Source: Eledone cirrhosa
Lineage: Eukaryota
Assembly: GCA_964016885.1 (NCBI GenBank)
Contig: OZ024742.1
Location: forward strand, 281,604,001-281,668,000
Reading direction: 5' to 3'
Length of the DNA: 64,000 bases
Both the position numbers and the translations under genes were made by a program. This document shows, in pieces, positions 26,315-43,759 of the stretch (position 1 is its first letter; each line of letters opens with the position of its first letter). The notes under the pieces were generated by a model, which was given only the letters and a program-made list of their open reading frames with translations, was not told where the DNA came from and searched no databases.

Positions 26315-27536
26315 ACGGAACTACCTTAGGAACTTACCCACGGACATACACTCACAACATTTTTTTTTCCAACCACTCCACCTACTCCACAATACGTATA
26401 AACACCACACACACGTGCGTACCCCCACATATATACACACTCAGCCTCCGGAATCATCTCCCCCCACCACACCTCTCTGACCCCTCCCCATCCATACGCG
26501 CACACACACACCAACTTACACCCCACCCCACACACACACCTTTTCCTGAACATGGAACCTCGTTCTTCCCCCAACTCTCATATTCACATACACACACACA
26601 CACATACACCTACACACATACATATGTGTGTATTGTAAATTTGTACTGTTAAAACACGAAACTAACATTCGATTGACACTTTGATTACCTGTACAGGCAA
26701 TAGTTATTAGAATGCTGTTGAAGTGTGTATATATTTTTGGGGGGACATCCTGTATATACACACATTATATATAATACAATAAACAGATAAATACACACAT
26801 ATATATATGAGCTTATTTAATTATAAATATTGTGAATTTTTAACTCAGTTCAATTATATATATAAATGGCTTCTACAGGACTAGAACTGTTTCATTCGAA
26901 AGAAATCATCATAATATTGAGAGGGGGGACTAGATAAAATATTTCAAATCAAATGTGTATAAGTTATAAGTTAAAATGTATAAATAGAGACGATAGTGGA
27001 GGTATATCTGTTTAGTGGAACAGTAGACGATAGAATTAAATACAGACGAGAATCTCCCTTTAATGAAACAGCAGACGATAGAATTAAGGCAATTTAAATT
27101 TTAAGCATTTGCATTTTTGCCTTTCATCGTTACGGGGTCGATAAAATAAAGTACCAGTAATACACTGTCACTAGACGACTTTCAAATTGAATTGTTGGTT
27201 CCATTTCTTTAGTATTTTCAATTGTAGTTATCTACTTAAAAAGCGTTACACGGTTAGAGACATAATTGGTAAGTTATATCTTCCCTATTAAACCATTGCA
27301 TTATTTCGCCTACAATAGAACAAAAATGAAATGTTCTTTAAAGAAACAGGAATATAACTTTATAAAAAAAAAAGTTGCATCCGCTTCTTTTATCATTGAT
27401 AATTTTTTCGTTTTAATATTAATTGTTTTTTGTAGTTGTTTATATTAAAAATCTTACTGTAATATTTACTTAAACGAAGGCAGACATCCAAACTTATAGA
27501 TTAATCTTGAGCGAAGGACTAGATAAATCTCTCTCC

Positions 27537-27598
<62 letters not shown>

Positions 27599-28097
27599 GA
27601 AGAATGATAACATTTCAAGCAAAGAGTTTAATTAGGTAATGACTTACAAATTTGTTTCAGTATATAGACAAAGCCTGAAGCGCTAATTATAATAATTAGT
27701 TAATAATATTACAAAATATATTAATATTATATTAAATATATACTGAAACCAATCAGTTTAGCAGAAAGTTTCCAGCCAAGAAACACGCATATTTTGCTAT
27801 CCTCAAACACGTTTACACATGGCATGAAATATAACTAATCCGAGATGGCTAGGTTTCATCTTCTAACTGGATATACGAAATCCATTATGTCTTGACAACA
27901 ACATGAGGTAACATTATGTTATTCACAGACACACTTTGTACACTGTTCCATATCAGAATGTATTTCCTTCGTCACATTCACAAACAGTATTGAAAATATG
28001 TTCTTCGGCAAATAAAAATGTTTTGTTCATAATATTTCAACTAGCGATTGCTCTACTCCACGCACGACCACCATAAATTAATGACCAGCTCAACACA

Positions 28098-28265
28098 AGT
28101 ATTGGTAGAGCGTCAGACACCATGCTTTGCAGTATTGTTATGGTCCTTTGCATTCTAAGTTCAAATCCTGCCGAGGTTAACTTCGACTTTCATACTTACT
28201 AATTCGATAAAATAAAGTACCAGTAATGGACTGCCGTAATGGATTTGTGCCGAAAAATAGAAACA
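28098..28265 (+). mobile_element. Nin/Deu SINE
   Basis: Matches the 5152 copy. Confidence 0.8.
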
Positions 28266-28821
28266 CTATTAATGTGCAATAAGAGCAAAATATAACGACA
28301 TTGCTCAATTATTTTATCTAATGTTGTAATAACACAAGGAAATGTTGTTTGTGTATTTTTTTTTATATTTGCTCATAGGCTTTTACAATTTCGCTCAGCC
28401 AACAACTATTAAAAAGTGAGTTGCTTAAGATAACAATTTAATCACAAATTGTTGCTATCTTTTAATACACTCCAACAAGTCATCAAATTATGTACAATAA
28501 AAACAAATCTTATTAATTTGCTCAGGGAATATAAAGAAAATGTATATACACTGATAATTGCAATTGTATGTAAATATTTTGTTTTTGTATTGTATATTTT
28601 ATGTTTTCTATTATGTATAATATATTGATTTAATATTGATTGTTTTTTGTAGTTGTTTATATTAAAAGTCTGAAAATATTTTTATACATCTTACACTAAT
28701 ATTTATAAGATAATTTATAATAACAATTACATAATCTAATTACATTACAACGATAATTTATTATTAATATATATCCTGTTTAACTAGAGTTATTACAAGC
28801 GTTGCCTTAAAAAAATATTAA

Positions 28822-29777
28822 ACTAGACATGAAAAATGCGCAAGCTCAAAAGTGCCACAGAATGTTATAATAAACCTTCAAAAGTGTGGGACTAGAGTTG
28901 TTGCTAAAAAATATTGTAATCATTATATATCGTACATTCTGTGGCATCCTTTATAAAAATAGCTTAAACCAACGAAGCCTTTATTTTTACGCTATTTCAC
29001 TTAGTTAATTCTTAGAGTGTAACATATAAAAATAAATACATCTATGTTTAATGTAATAACAGCTATAAATAATTACGTAATATTATTATCATATACTCAT
29101 AGTAACAAAATAATTGTGTTGAAACTTAATATGATGCTTATATGAACGATCAAATCTATAATGATAATTTCTTAAATATACTAATAGTAAACTAATTTAG
29201 TTATCTATTGTTACATTTTCATAGAACTATAATATTAACAATCGTATTGCATTATCAAATTTTTATCACTACAAACTTTCATATTGGAATTACCTTAAGC
29301 CACTTATTATTACTTCGCTTTCGTACTTTTACAGCTGTAGATATTGCGCTGTATCTTATATCTAACATCAATATCTCGTGGTAATTTGCATGAAGTGTAA
29401 AATAGGTTTATTAATAACTTTAATATGAAATGTATTATACAGGGCTGCGGAGTCGGCCAAAAATTGACTGGCTCCAACTCAGGATCCGATACTCCATTAT
29501 TTCCTAAATTTCAGCTCCGCAGCTCTGTTATTATATTAATTAATTTATTTTATAGTTGTAAATCATATTTTTATATGTTACACTCTAAGAATTAACTAAG
29601 TGAAATAGCGTAAAAATAAAGGCTTCGTTGGTTTAAGCTATTTTTATAAAGGATGCCACAGAATGTACGATATATAATGATTACAATATTTTTTAGCAAC
29701 AACTCTAGTCCCACACTTTTGAAGGTTTATTATAACATTCTGTGGCACTTTTGAGCTTGCGCATTTTTCATGTCTAG

Positions 29778-29778
<1 letters not shown>
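28822..29778. repeat. Apparently perfect 213-bp inverted repeat (28822-29034 and 29566-29778)
   Basis: Arms are reverse complements with no mismatch seen by eye. Confidence 0.9.
29440..29527. mobile_element. Small hAT-like MITE
   Basis: TIRs cagggctgcggagtc / gctccgcagctctg; 8-bp TSD gtattata / ttattata. Confidence 0.6.
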
Positions 29779-29808
<30 letters not shown>

Positions 29809-29811
29809 TTA

Positions 29812-30160
<349 letters not shown>

Positions 30161-30611
30161 ATATATATATACACGAAATAACATTGAGACTGATGTTATG
30201 CTTACATAATTGTATTCATTGCATTGTACGTATGTCAATGACATGCTGCGTAGTTATTTTGTAACGGTTACATCAGTAATTGGGACCGGTGTAAGTGCAT
30301 CAGATGTTAACACAATCATGTGAAGTGATTAGATTGGAATGTTGTGTTGAAACATATTTTTAGACTATGGCTTTTCGTCGAATGTTTTCTTTTTTTTCAT
30401 TTTATTCCAGTTGTTCAACTCCTATTTTTGTGCCGCAGCAAAGAGGAAACCAAAAGAGAGATTATAGTATTTGAAAAGGTCATATAATGTGTGGCGAAGA
30501 GCATTGATGATTACGAATTTTCTTTTCATTTTGTTCCCGTTGTCCAATATTTTTGTGTCGAAGCGAAGAGGAAACTCAGAGAGCTAATTCAGTATTTGAG
30601 AAGGTCACATA

Positions 30612-31275
30612 ATTGTTTCTGCTTTTGGCACAATCCAGCAATTACCCAGTGCATTACTGGTACTTTATTTTATCGACCTCGTAAGGATGAAAGGCAAACG
30701 GAACCTCGGCGGAATTTGAACTCAGACCGTAAAGGGACGTAACTGTGCTGGAAAGCATGGCGTCCGACTCTCTACCGATACTGCCAATCCAGTGACGAAG
30801 ATTACTGACAATAAATAAGCATCCGGCTATTAAACCAACCGATGAATGGATTAATAATTGTTTCTACTTTTAGCACAAGAACAGCAATTGTCTAGTACAT
30901 TACTGGTATTTATTTTATCGACACCGTAAGAATGAAGGGTAAAGTTAACCTCGGAAAGATTTGAACTCGGACCATAAACGGGCGTAACTCTATGCTGCAA
31001 AGTATGGTGCAAAGTACTCTCTACCGATAGTGCCAATCACCTTAGTTACGTTATTAATAATGGTTTCTTATATAGGTACAAGGCCACCAATTTGGGGGGA
31101 GGGGAAAGTCGATTAAATCGGCCCCAGTGTTTTACTGGTACTTTATTTTATCGACCCCGTAAGGATGAAAGGCAAAGCTAACCTCGGTAGGATTTGAACT
31201 CAGATCATAAAAGGCCGTAACTCCATGCTACAAACCATGGCGTCCGACCCTCTACCAATACTGCCAATCCACCGT
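30612..31275 (-). mobile_element. Three Nin/Deu SINE copies (about 30612-30791, 30858-31042, 31060-31275)
   Basis: Reverse complements of the 5152 copy. Confidence 0.88.
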
Positions 31276-32023
31276 TATTAATAATAAAATCAAAGTGTAC
31301 CCCAAGTAGTGCATGCGTTTACATTTGTAGCATTTTGATAGAAAACGACTGGAACCGGCCCTGGTTTTATTCTACAAAACTCTTTATAGTAAAGTGTTTA
31401 TATTTATCTAAAAATCACCTATCGTAATTTTCTGTTAATTTATGTTTCAAACACCATATAAATAATGAAAAAATTGTTATATTTCGAGTATCATCCAATT
31501 ATTAATTATTTTAAAAATTATACTTCATTAGAAATATGGTAATGAAAGAATTAAATTATGTTCCAGCATACTGAAACACCAGTCAGAAGCTTATTACGCT
31601 TGTTTTGGCGTTACCAATAGAGAGTACTCACCTATATCATACTCCATGGACAAGACAACATTATGTTGCAAAACTGATCTGCAGTTGCCGCTGGTACTCG
31701 TTTGGTTTTTGTTTAATACTGGAATAACTGGGGCAATTTAAAATGAAGGGTCATGCTCAAGGACCGAGAGGACAATACCATATCCATCTCGTGTTCAATG
31801 CGCACCACTGTTTATACATATAACATATACAGAGCAAAGTTAATAAATGGAAGGTACATATGTCCATGCCACTTCCAATAGTTAAGAAGTATCTAGTGAA
31901 AACGCTAGAGATAAAAATGAAACTGAGTTGCTTTACTAAAATAGTAGGTATTTAATTTTCCGACACTACAGCACTCGCTATCAGAAAAGACGTTTTTAAT
32001 ATAAATGGCCGTGTGTATGTGTG

Positions 32024-32092
<69 letters not shown>

Positions 32093-32102
32093 GTGTCTGT
32101 GC

Positions 32103-32140
<38 letters not shown>

Positions 32141-32174
32141 GGGTGTCTGTGCGTGTGTGTGTGTGTATATATAT

Positions 32175-32228
<54 letters not shown>

Positions 32229-32823
32229 GTGTCTGTGCGTGCGTGTGTGTGTGTGTGTGTGTGTGTGGTTCCATGACAGAGAAATTAATTCTAAGTGTAC
32301 CCATCTCCACTTCCACAGACAAGATATCCCACACCTCTACCTACACACACCCGCTATTACACACATCTTCCGATCAATTCTATTTAAGCATACAATAATA
32401 CGACTTCCTACATCTTGAGTATTTGCGTCTCCCCCCCCCCCCCTCTCTCCCTCCAGACACACACATATATATATATTTTAAATCTACATTTCTATTCCCA
32501 CAGTCTTTTCTTTTCACCCCACCATTACACACCCTCTAGCCCGACCACTTCTCTTTAATCTTAACTGTTAACGGTAACTAACCAGAATAGATTCTTATGG
32601 GATATATATTATCTACATAAGTATGTGTGCACTGTTTATGTATGCATATAGACAAATGTACAGGTATACATATACAAAGTCATATATGTATATATACATG
32701 TGTGTATATAAGTATGTATATGTTTATAAACACACACTCACACTCGCACACGCATATAAATATAATACATAAACATATAGACACATATAGACGCATATAT
32801 ATAATACATAAACATATAGACAC

Positions 32824-32880
<57 letters not shown>

Positions 32881-33680
32881 TATATGTGTCTGTGTACACA
32901 TATATGTAGCTTTTGATTGAAATTAATGTGCATATGTATGTATTTCGTTGCGTAAATATATATATATAACGTGTGTGTTTGTTTACGAATGTCCATTGAA
33001 AGACGAAGTTAATTGGTTGCTATCACCCTACTGTCACCCTTAACATACCCAATCTCTTATTCAATATCCTACTACCATCAACACCCACCCAACCATCACC
33101 ACCACTATTAACAACACTGTCACCACCTCAACAATAACAACCGCCTCCTTTACCACCACTACTACCGTTGTGTCTCCAGCTCATATCCAACATTGAAATC
33201 TCAGCACCACCATTTTTTCCGTCACTTGCATCTAACCAAGGAAACATACTACAGGCTAGCTTGATCTGCTAGAAACAGCAGCTGAATCGGATTTTAAGGA
33301 ATAAAACGATGGAAAGCTTCCAATTGAGTTGTTTTATGTAGCAAGTAATCGCTACGATCGAATCCCGACAACAAATGATCCCCGAGAATTGACCTCACGG
33401 CAGCACGTCCTGTTCTGCTACAGTGGACAACCCAGTGTCCAGTCATTTCTCATTTACATGATTGTTTGCGTCCCAGACATTTGAAAACGATCTGCTCACG
33501 TGTAGGGAGGGTTTCCAGAAGTACATTGTATTCAAGAAGTAAAAACCATCGTCACAAAGGAATATATATATATATATCTTTTTGTATTGGCAGCACTGCC
33601 CTCCCAAAGTATAACTATATATATGTGTATGTGTGTGTTTGTGTGTATGTGCGTGTGTCTGTGTGTGTGTGTATGTGTTT

Positions 33681-33767
<87 letters not shown>

Positions 33768-33829
33768 GGGAGGTAGTTAATATGTTCGTCACTCGGGTGT
33801 TTTTTTTATATCCTATGGTTGAATACATT

Positions 33830-34300
33830 TCTCGATGTGCTGATTTATAAAGAGCCCGGAATCTATTCCTTGATTTCATTATATTATAGGGGATAAGTGT
33901 GAGTCTTTAACTCCGTTTTTTAATTTGATATATTGGCCCCTAATTTATTTCTACATATAAGTAGAGCTTCTGAAATTGAATGGTTCTGGGCTACTGTTTT
34001 TAGCGTCTTTTGGTCTACTCACACCACTATGGGCTGTCATTTCTCTATACCATGCGTGTTTTCTTAGTTATCTGAATATTTTTAGATGCGTTGATCGTAT
34101 TGATAGGCACTCGCCGATGAGCTACATCTACAATATGTTTTCTTCACTCTAATATGAGCATGTATGGGTGTTATAGTTATAATTGGATGGTTAGTACATC
34201 CTAATATATTCCTTGAATTCATTTGTATTCACCATTCCTTCTGTAGTTAATATATTTGTCACTCTGGTGGTTTTTGCCCCCTATGTGACCTTCTCTCTAT
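33830..34300 (-). mobile_element. Highly decayed non-LTR RT fragment
   Basis: Minus strand KNGVKDSHLSPII resembles the GVKQGDPLSP motif; many stops. Confidence 0.35.
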
Positions 34301-34469
34301 ATGCTGATTTATATATATACATACATACATATATCAGTCTTGTGTGATAGGTAGCTTTGTTTGTTTGTTCACATATACATGTTTCTATATCTATACGTGT
34401 TTATAAGCAGCTGGTACATGACAAATCTTTGTAATATACGTATGTATGTATGTGTGTATGTATATATGT

Positions 34470-34830
34470 AGGAAGCTGTTGGCAAGGTTCTCGCAAGACT
34501 GGAGGAGGATATCTGTCCTATAGCTATCCCAGAATCACAGAGTGGTTGTAGAGGAGGAAGGGGAACAGTTAACATAATTTTCTCTGTACGATAAATACAA
34601 GAATAATGCATTGAGTAGTGTGTCCCTCTATATCAAGTCTTTGTCGACCTAACCAAGGCTTTTGACACAGTTAACAGAGATGCACTCTGGATAATACATG
34701 GAAAAGTAGGACGTCCACCCAAGTTTGTGAGTATACTAAAGCAGCTGCACAGAAATATGAAAACTCGGGTCACCTTCAATGGTTAACTATCTGGGGAAAT
34801 CCCAATTGACTATGGTGTAAAGTAAGATGA
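34470..34830 (+). mobile_element. RTE-clade LINE RT fragment
   Basis: AVGKVLAR, IPESQSGCRGGRGT, VFVDLTKAFDTVNRDALW. Confidence 0.8.
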
Positions 34831-35100
34831 TGTATATGTGTATGTATATATAAAGATTGCCTGTAAGCTGGATCTAATTTACTTAGTTAATAATTTAATG
34901 TGGTATTCAATACGAGTTCTACGTTATAAAATTTTAATATTTAAATTGTAAGTATCCGTAATTCTTTTCGAAAATGGTGGCGTGCAATTCTGGAAAGTAG
35001 CGTAATCCACAGGTTTGTTTGAAACTCAACATGTCGATCCCGAATAATAAGTAACAGCTCAGCAATGTGGCTGATTCTTTTCTTCTTTTCTCTGCCTGCA

Positions 35101-35172
<72 letters not shown>

Positions 35173-35334
35173 ACTCCCCCTCTCTTGTTGTCCACAATTC
35201 CTCAACTCTGATGTGGCTGAAGCCTTGATTATGTCACATAGAGGTTTCATAATGAACACCTGTAAATATACCTGTAATTCAATTTGTTGAAACACTGAAG
35301 GCCCATCGTCGAGACTGACGGAGTATCCATCAAT

Positions 35335-35337
35335 CAC

Positions 35338-35369
<32 letters not shown>

Positions 35370-35725
35370 CAACATTAATATAAATAACAGCAACACAATC
35401 ACCAATACACCCACCAACACCAGCACTACCTCTATTAACGACAACTGCTACTAACTCCACGACTACCAAAAACACCAACAGCACCATTACAGCCACAAAA
35501 ACCGCTAGCCCTACTACTACGCCTACCCTAATCAACAACAGCAGCACCTTCAATATTACTACTATTTCCACCCTACCAATAATACCAGCATCAATGCTAC
35601 TAGTACCTACACTGCTACTAATTCTACCTCCACCATCAACCATTCTAACCATATCTACTACAAAACAATAGCACGAACAGACCCATTCACTACCAACATA
35701 ATTATAATAGCAACAATTACATCAT

Positions 35726-35766
<41 letters not shown>

Positions 35767-36790
35767 ACACCCCAGCTGACACGACCATTAATCTCAGCAC
35801 CACTATTATCACTACTAATACCAACACCACTAGCATCACTACTACCACTCAACCAGTACTACCACTACCACCATAACTACCAATATCAATACCACTACAA
35901 CCAACACCGCCATCACCACCACCATCATCAGCACCACCACCATCACCACCACCACCACAATCACTACCACCACCACCACCACCATCACCACCACCACCAC
36001 CATCACCACCACCATCATCACTACCACCACCATCACCACCACCACCACCACAATCACCACCACCACCACCACCACCATCACCACCACCACCATTACCACC
36101 ATAACCTCCATCATCACCGCCACCACCATCACCACCACCAACACCACCACCATTACCACCATCACCGCCACCGCCATTACCACCACCGCCATCACCACCA
36201 TCACCACCACCACCATCACCACCACCACCACCACCATCACCACAACCACCACCATCACCACCACCAGCACCACCACCATCTCCACCACCACCATCACCAC
36301 CATCATCACCACCACCAGCACCACCACCATCACCACCACCACCATCACCACCACCACCATTATCACAACCACCACCACCACCACCACCACCACCATCACC
36401 ACCACCACCATTACCACCACCACCACCATCACCACCACCATCACCACCATCATTACCACCACCGCCATTATCACCACCACCACCACCATCACCACCATTA
36501 CCACCACCACCACCACCATCACCACCATCACCACCTCCATCACGACCATCATTACCACCACCGCTATTATCACCACCGCCACCATCACCATCATCACTGC
36601 CACCACCATCACCACCACCACCACCATTATCACAACCACCACCACCATCACCACCACCACCACCATTATCACAACCACCACCACCATTATCACAACCACC
36701 ACCACCATCACCACCACCACCACCATTATCACAACCACCACCACCATCACCACTATCATTACCACCACCGCCATTATCACCACCTCTGCA
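35335..36790. repeat. Degenerate (ACC/ATC/ACT)n trinucleotide array
   Basis: Direct read; produces the spurious poly-V/M ORF 35842-36795. Confidence 0.9.
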
Positions 36791-36944
36791 GTCATCTATA
36801 TAACTCCACTGATAATATCAGAAAGTAATTGTCTTATCAGTTTCAACTAAGTTTAATGTCCACAATGTAAACACTATTAGATTTCCACTACAGCAGTATG
36901 GCTGCATAGTATATGTCTGTCTATATGTATATATGTATGTATAC

Positions 36945-36975
<31 letters not shown>

Positions 36976-37164
36976 TGTATGTATGTATGTATGTATGTAT
37001 GTATGTATGTATGTATGTATGTATGTATGTATCTAATTGTATGTATGTACTAATTGTATCTATGTATGTACTTATGTATGTTTGTATGTATTTATGGTTG
37101 TGTGTATGTTATATATGTGGATGTATGTATGTTTGTATGTATGTATGTTTGTATGTATGTTAAG

Positions 37165-37662
37165 TAGTCGGGCTGGGAGGGAGTGAAGGACCCCTAGCTT
37201 TTGCCTGGGCATTCTTCTAGGAGAAGGCAACTCAGGAAACTGGGATAACTCCGATATAAAACCTATGGCTCAGTAGTTACCGATCATGTTGATCTTTTCT
37301 TCTTTTCGGGTTATAGCTACTGTCGCTCAGAGAGTGGGATTGGCTCAGTGCACAGTATTTCCTCACTTTAAAAAATATTCACGCACAGGCATTGCACGAT
37401 AGAATTAATTAATTGTTTCTACTTTAGGCACAAGGCCAGCAATTACCCAGTGCATTACTGGTACTTTATTTTATCGACCCCGTAAGGATGAAAGGCAAAG
37501 TCAACTTCGGCGGGATTTGAACTCTGATCGTAAAGGGAAGTAACTATGCTGGAAAGCATGGCGTCAGACCCTCTACCGATACTGCCAATCCACCGTTAAT
37601 AATTATTAATAATGGCATATAGTGCAATGGGCATACTCGATAACGAGGGGGCAGCCATCATG
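37165..37662 (+). mobile_element. Short non-autonomous RTE-derived element interrupted by a minus-strand SINE (37412-37595)
   Basis: ctaggagaagg...gcacaggcattgc and the tail tactcgataacgag...gcagccatcat are shared with the 38985 and 46068 copies. Confidence 0.6.
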
Positions 37663-37889
37663 TATGTTATATATGTATGTATATATATGTATGTATGCTT
37701 GTATGTATATATGTTTGTATGCATGTTACATATATATCTATGCATGTATGTAGGTATGGATGGATGTGTATATGTTTATATATGTATAAGTTCGTATGTA
37801 TGTATATATGTATGCATGTATGTGTGTATGTTTGTATGTATATATGTAAGCATGTATGTATGTATCTATCTATCTATCTATCTATCTAT

Positions 37890-38810
37890 GTAGCCCTTGT
37901 GGCTTATAAAGAAATATATCTATATATCTATGTACCTCTCTGTCAAAAGGACCTATCCAAGATGCGAGCAGGACATCGAAACCGTTCTGCACGCAATTGT
38001 TCAGTGCCCAGGGGTGACCCACCTGTGGAATTATGTCGAACAGCTACTGACACGTGTGGAACGCATCCAGTGGTCAGCCGAGTCCATCATGAGGATCACC
38101 CCGCCGCCTTCATTTAAGAACGAAGGAGAGGCGGTTTTCCTCTGTCTGGTGGCTATGGCGAAAGAGGTAATATAGTGAACGAGGTTAAAAGGACTGAGGG
38201 CAAACGCCTTTCTCTCCGGACAACAACTTATCTCCTTCTTTAAGTATCACTTCAGAAGGAAGGTGAGAGTGGAGAGAGAGGTGCTACACCCGAGTAAATT
38301 CGCTGAAAGGTGGATGAATGTGGCGAAAATGACTCGAGTGAATGGGCCTTCTCTGTATATGAACCTGTAAGTTGAGGAAGATAAACAGAGGGAAGACAGG
38401 AACACCTACAAAACGTGTTCCTGATGATGAGGGTAGTTCTATCCACGGGGTGTAAAACAACCCTGCAGTAACGTCCCCCCCCCCCTATTGGGGATTTCAA
38501 TTGTTATTTTATTATATATATTATTTGTTATTTATTAATATTAATCAGTATCGGTAGAGGGTCGGACACCTTGCTTTGACGCATAGAGTTACGGCCCTTG
38601 CCATTCTGAGTTCAAATCCCGTCGCGGTTAACTTTGCCTTTCATCCTTACGGGGTCGATAAAATAAAGTACCAATAATGTACTGGGTAATTGCTGTCCTT
38701 GTGCGAATAGTAGAAACAATTAATGTTAAAGTTATATTTATGTAAAACCCCTGCCGTCACGTCTTGTAATGTCCCATTTTTGTACGCCCCTGTGGCAAAT
38801 AAAGAAAGAT
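37890..38810 (+). mobile_element. Tx1/L1-like LINE 3' fragment with a SINE (38545-38720) inserted in its 3' UTR
   Basis: YPRCEQDIETVLHAIVQCPGVTHLW...MAKEVI; ends ccctgtggcaaataaagaaa. Confidence 0.85.
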
Positions 38811-38984
38811 ATCTATGCATCTAATTGTATCTATGTATGTATCTAATTGTATCTATGTTTGTATGTATCTAATTGTATGTATCTATGCATGTTTGTATGT
38901 ATGTATGGTTGTGTGTATGTTATATATGGATGTATGTCTGTTTGTATGTTTGTTGGTATGTCTCTATGTATGTTATTATATATA

Positions 38985-39520
38985 TCAGGTCACCAGTTGG
39001 TGCTACTGGTAACATGTATCCCAGTACAACCTGTCTCTTGGTCGGGTCGTTGGCGATTAAACTGGCAACCCCACTAAGGTTTCTTGGTGAGGAGGGTGAC
39101 TGGACATCCAGCAGGACTAAAAACAAAACCTGTCAAAGGGCAAAGGAGCACTTAATAGTCAATGGCCATCCAAAGTCACCGGGAGAGATGACCCCTTAGC
39201 CTTTGTCAAGGCAGAATTCTAGGAGAAGGAAAACTCTGATATAACACCTGCAACCTTGATGGTATCCAATGATGTTGACTTGTTCTTCTTTTTGGTAAAT
39301 ATCATCTTGGTTATGAGAGTGGGTTTGTGCAGTGCCTTTGCTCACTATAAAAGCTTCACGGCACAGGCATTGCTTTATATCTGGAGATCTCTCTGCACTT
39401 GTCGTCACATAGTACCATGGGCCCAGCACTATGTGTCAATAATTGTCACAAGTGTAGTGTTTGTACCAGAGTTTTCAAGTCGTTGGCTGGACTAAAAAGT
39501 CACACTCGTTCAGCGCATTA
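38985..39520 (+). mobile_element. Bipartite non-autonomous RTE-like element (5' UTR-like part + C2H2 3' end)
   Basis: Near-identical to 46068-46503; ends CSVCTRVFKSLAGLKSHTRSAH. Confidence 0.65.
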
Positions 39521-39671
39521 TGTTTCTGTTTGTATACACTCTCTCTCCCTTTCTCTTACTCTCTCTCCTTTTCTCTCTCTCTTACTTTATTTCTCTTACG
39601 CTCTCTCTGTCTCTCTCTCTCTCTCTCTCTATCTATCTGTTGCTTTCTTTGTCACTCTTACTCTCACTCAA

Positions 39672-39746
<75 letters not shown>

Positions 39747-40161
39747 ACTTCTTTTCCTTTCTGTCTCTGGAAGAAATATGAAGTTTGAATGCTCTGGCGG
39801 TACCCCGACGACTTTAATGGGAATTTGGGGTCTTTGGATGGGTGATCCGTTCCTTCCTCATCTCACTTTCTATTTCTTCTTTGATTACTCATTCTATATT
39901 CTGATAAAGGACCAGTGTCCGAAGCCTTCTGACAAATTACTATATCAAGCATTAAATTAATATATCTTCATTTTACTGTATCCTTTGAATACTTTTTTAT
40001 CCTTTTTATTTTCGAACAGTCACACACAAGCAAACACACACGCGCACACACATACACATACACACACACACACACGCACACACGCACACACGCGCACACA
40101 CACACACACACACATACAAACACACGCACGCACACACACATACAAACACACACACACCCAC

Positions 40162-40193
<32 letters not shown>

Positions 40194-40266
40194 TTGTGCG
40201 TGTTTCTCACTCCATATATATATGTATTGTATATATATATACATATATATATACATATATATATAC

Positions 40267-40340
<74 letters not shown>

Positions 40341-40838
40341 ATGTGTGTGTATAGAAGCAGAGAAAAGAGTGTGACAGAAATATTTATTAGATGACCCCCA
40401 CCTGTGAACGAAACACAACAGACTACAACCAGTCAAAACGCCTCATAAAATTAAAACCACAAGAGAAAAAGTATTTGTACCATGCATCTTTCAACTGAGA
40501 TCTGAGACCACAGAATATCAGATGTGTTAAGCAATATACATAATTTCTTTTACGCAACTCTTCCCAACAAAAAAATACAACAAAATAATGCATTGATTCT
40601 AGCAGTTGAACAATTGGAAGACATTTTTCACCGTCCTTTTAAAGTCTGTCCTCGGTGATATACGACCGCTTTATTTACTTATTTGCTCCTAGTCTATTTA
40701 AATACAAACTACTAAGGATTAAAGCTAAAGCTGTCGATTATACGCTTAAATCAGAAGCCAATGTGACGTCTTGTACGTCGTATGGTATCTAAGTAGAAAA
40801 TATTACCTTTTATCATTTTCTGGTACCTTTCTGTGGTT

Positions 40839-40910
<72 letters not shown>

Positions 40911-41405
40911 GTTAGTACAGCATAGACGACGCTCTAGTATACGGCCAAGCTAGCATGTATGCATATTTGGTCTGTAGCTTTAGCACTCAGATGAGGTAAG
41001 ACCCCAGAGTAATAACATTATGCTCAGACAGCTTAGCAAATCAGATATAGCAGTCGGCAGACCGACCGCATTAGCAGAGCAACGAAAATACATGACCCAG
41101 GAAAAGATTTTTTCCTGACCTGGACATAACGCTGAGGCTGAGTGTAAAATATATAACCCACATGGTGTATCCACATTATAGATCGCAATATCGCACGCAA
41201 CATCAGCGCTAAGTTTCTGCAAATCCATGATCGACAAATTCCTATTGCAGGAGTCTGCAATATAATGGTTTTTGATGATAGAACATGGGATTTACTTCTT
41301 CAGCAAGTCTTTCGTTCTTAGTCAACCTACCCCCCACTCTCCTGAGCGTGAATTTAATAAACATTTATTGTACTGCCTCTCTGTTCGGTCCCTGTTCAAT
41401 TTTTC

Positions 41406-41483
<78 letters not shown>

Positions 41484-41487
<4 letters not shown>

Positions 41488-41661
41488 AAAAGAGTCAAGA
41501 CCCTGACTGCTGAGCTCCGGTCGTTTCGACAGCTAGATCCAAAACGGCCAGAGCTTAGCCGTCGGGTTCTTGACTCTTTTCCTATTACCCACTCTACTAC
41601 CCTATGTATCGAGAACTCTGGTGCGTTATGGTCTACCTGGTTCTTTACCACACCTTCTTTG

Positions 41662-41662
<1 letters not shown>
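41484..41662. mobile_element. Short palindromic Penelope-pLTR-like element (GUC hammerhead-half family)
   Basis: aggaaaagagtcaagaccc...gggttcttgactcttttcct arms plus the family tail; (TA)n on both sides. Confidence 0.7.
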
Positions 41663-41705
<43 letters not shown>

Positions 41706-41872
41706 TATTCTTCACTCTTTCATTTATATATATATATATATAAGGGAACGATCGACTTTCGTCAAATCGGACCGAGGGAACAATGTTTCCGTTGGTCTTT
41801 CCAATTGCTAATACTATCTATCGGTCGCAACTCCAGGTAGAAGGCGGAACGTGAAATAAAGTGTCTTGCTCA

Positions 41873-41953
<81 letters not shown>

Positions 41954-41960
41954 ATATATA

Positions 41961-43601
<1,641 letters not shown>

Positions 43602-43655
43602 TAATAACTTGTGTGTTACACCTCTATTCTTTTAACTATATATATATATATATAC

Positions 43656-43727
<72 letters not shown>

Positions 43728-43759
43728 CTTCACTCTTTTACTACTATATATTTATATAT

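Noticed and set aside
35842-36795. 317-aa Val/Met ORF, or a Thr-rich mucin-like reading on the plus strand
   Set aside because: Translation of a degenerate (ACC)n array; no domain context, and such tracts recur elsewhere in the window.
40980-41260. Non-repetitive ORFs of 75-85 aa
   Set aside because: No recognisable motif or convincing splice-site pair.
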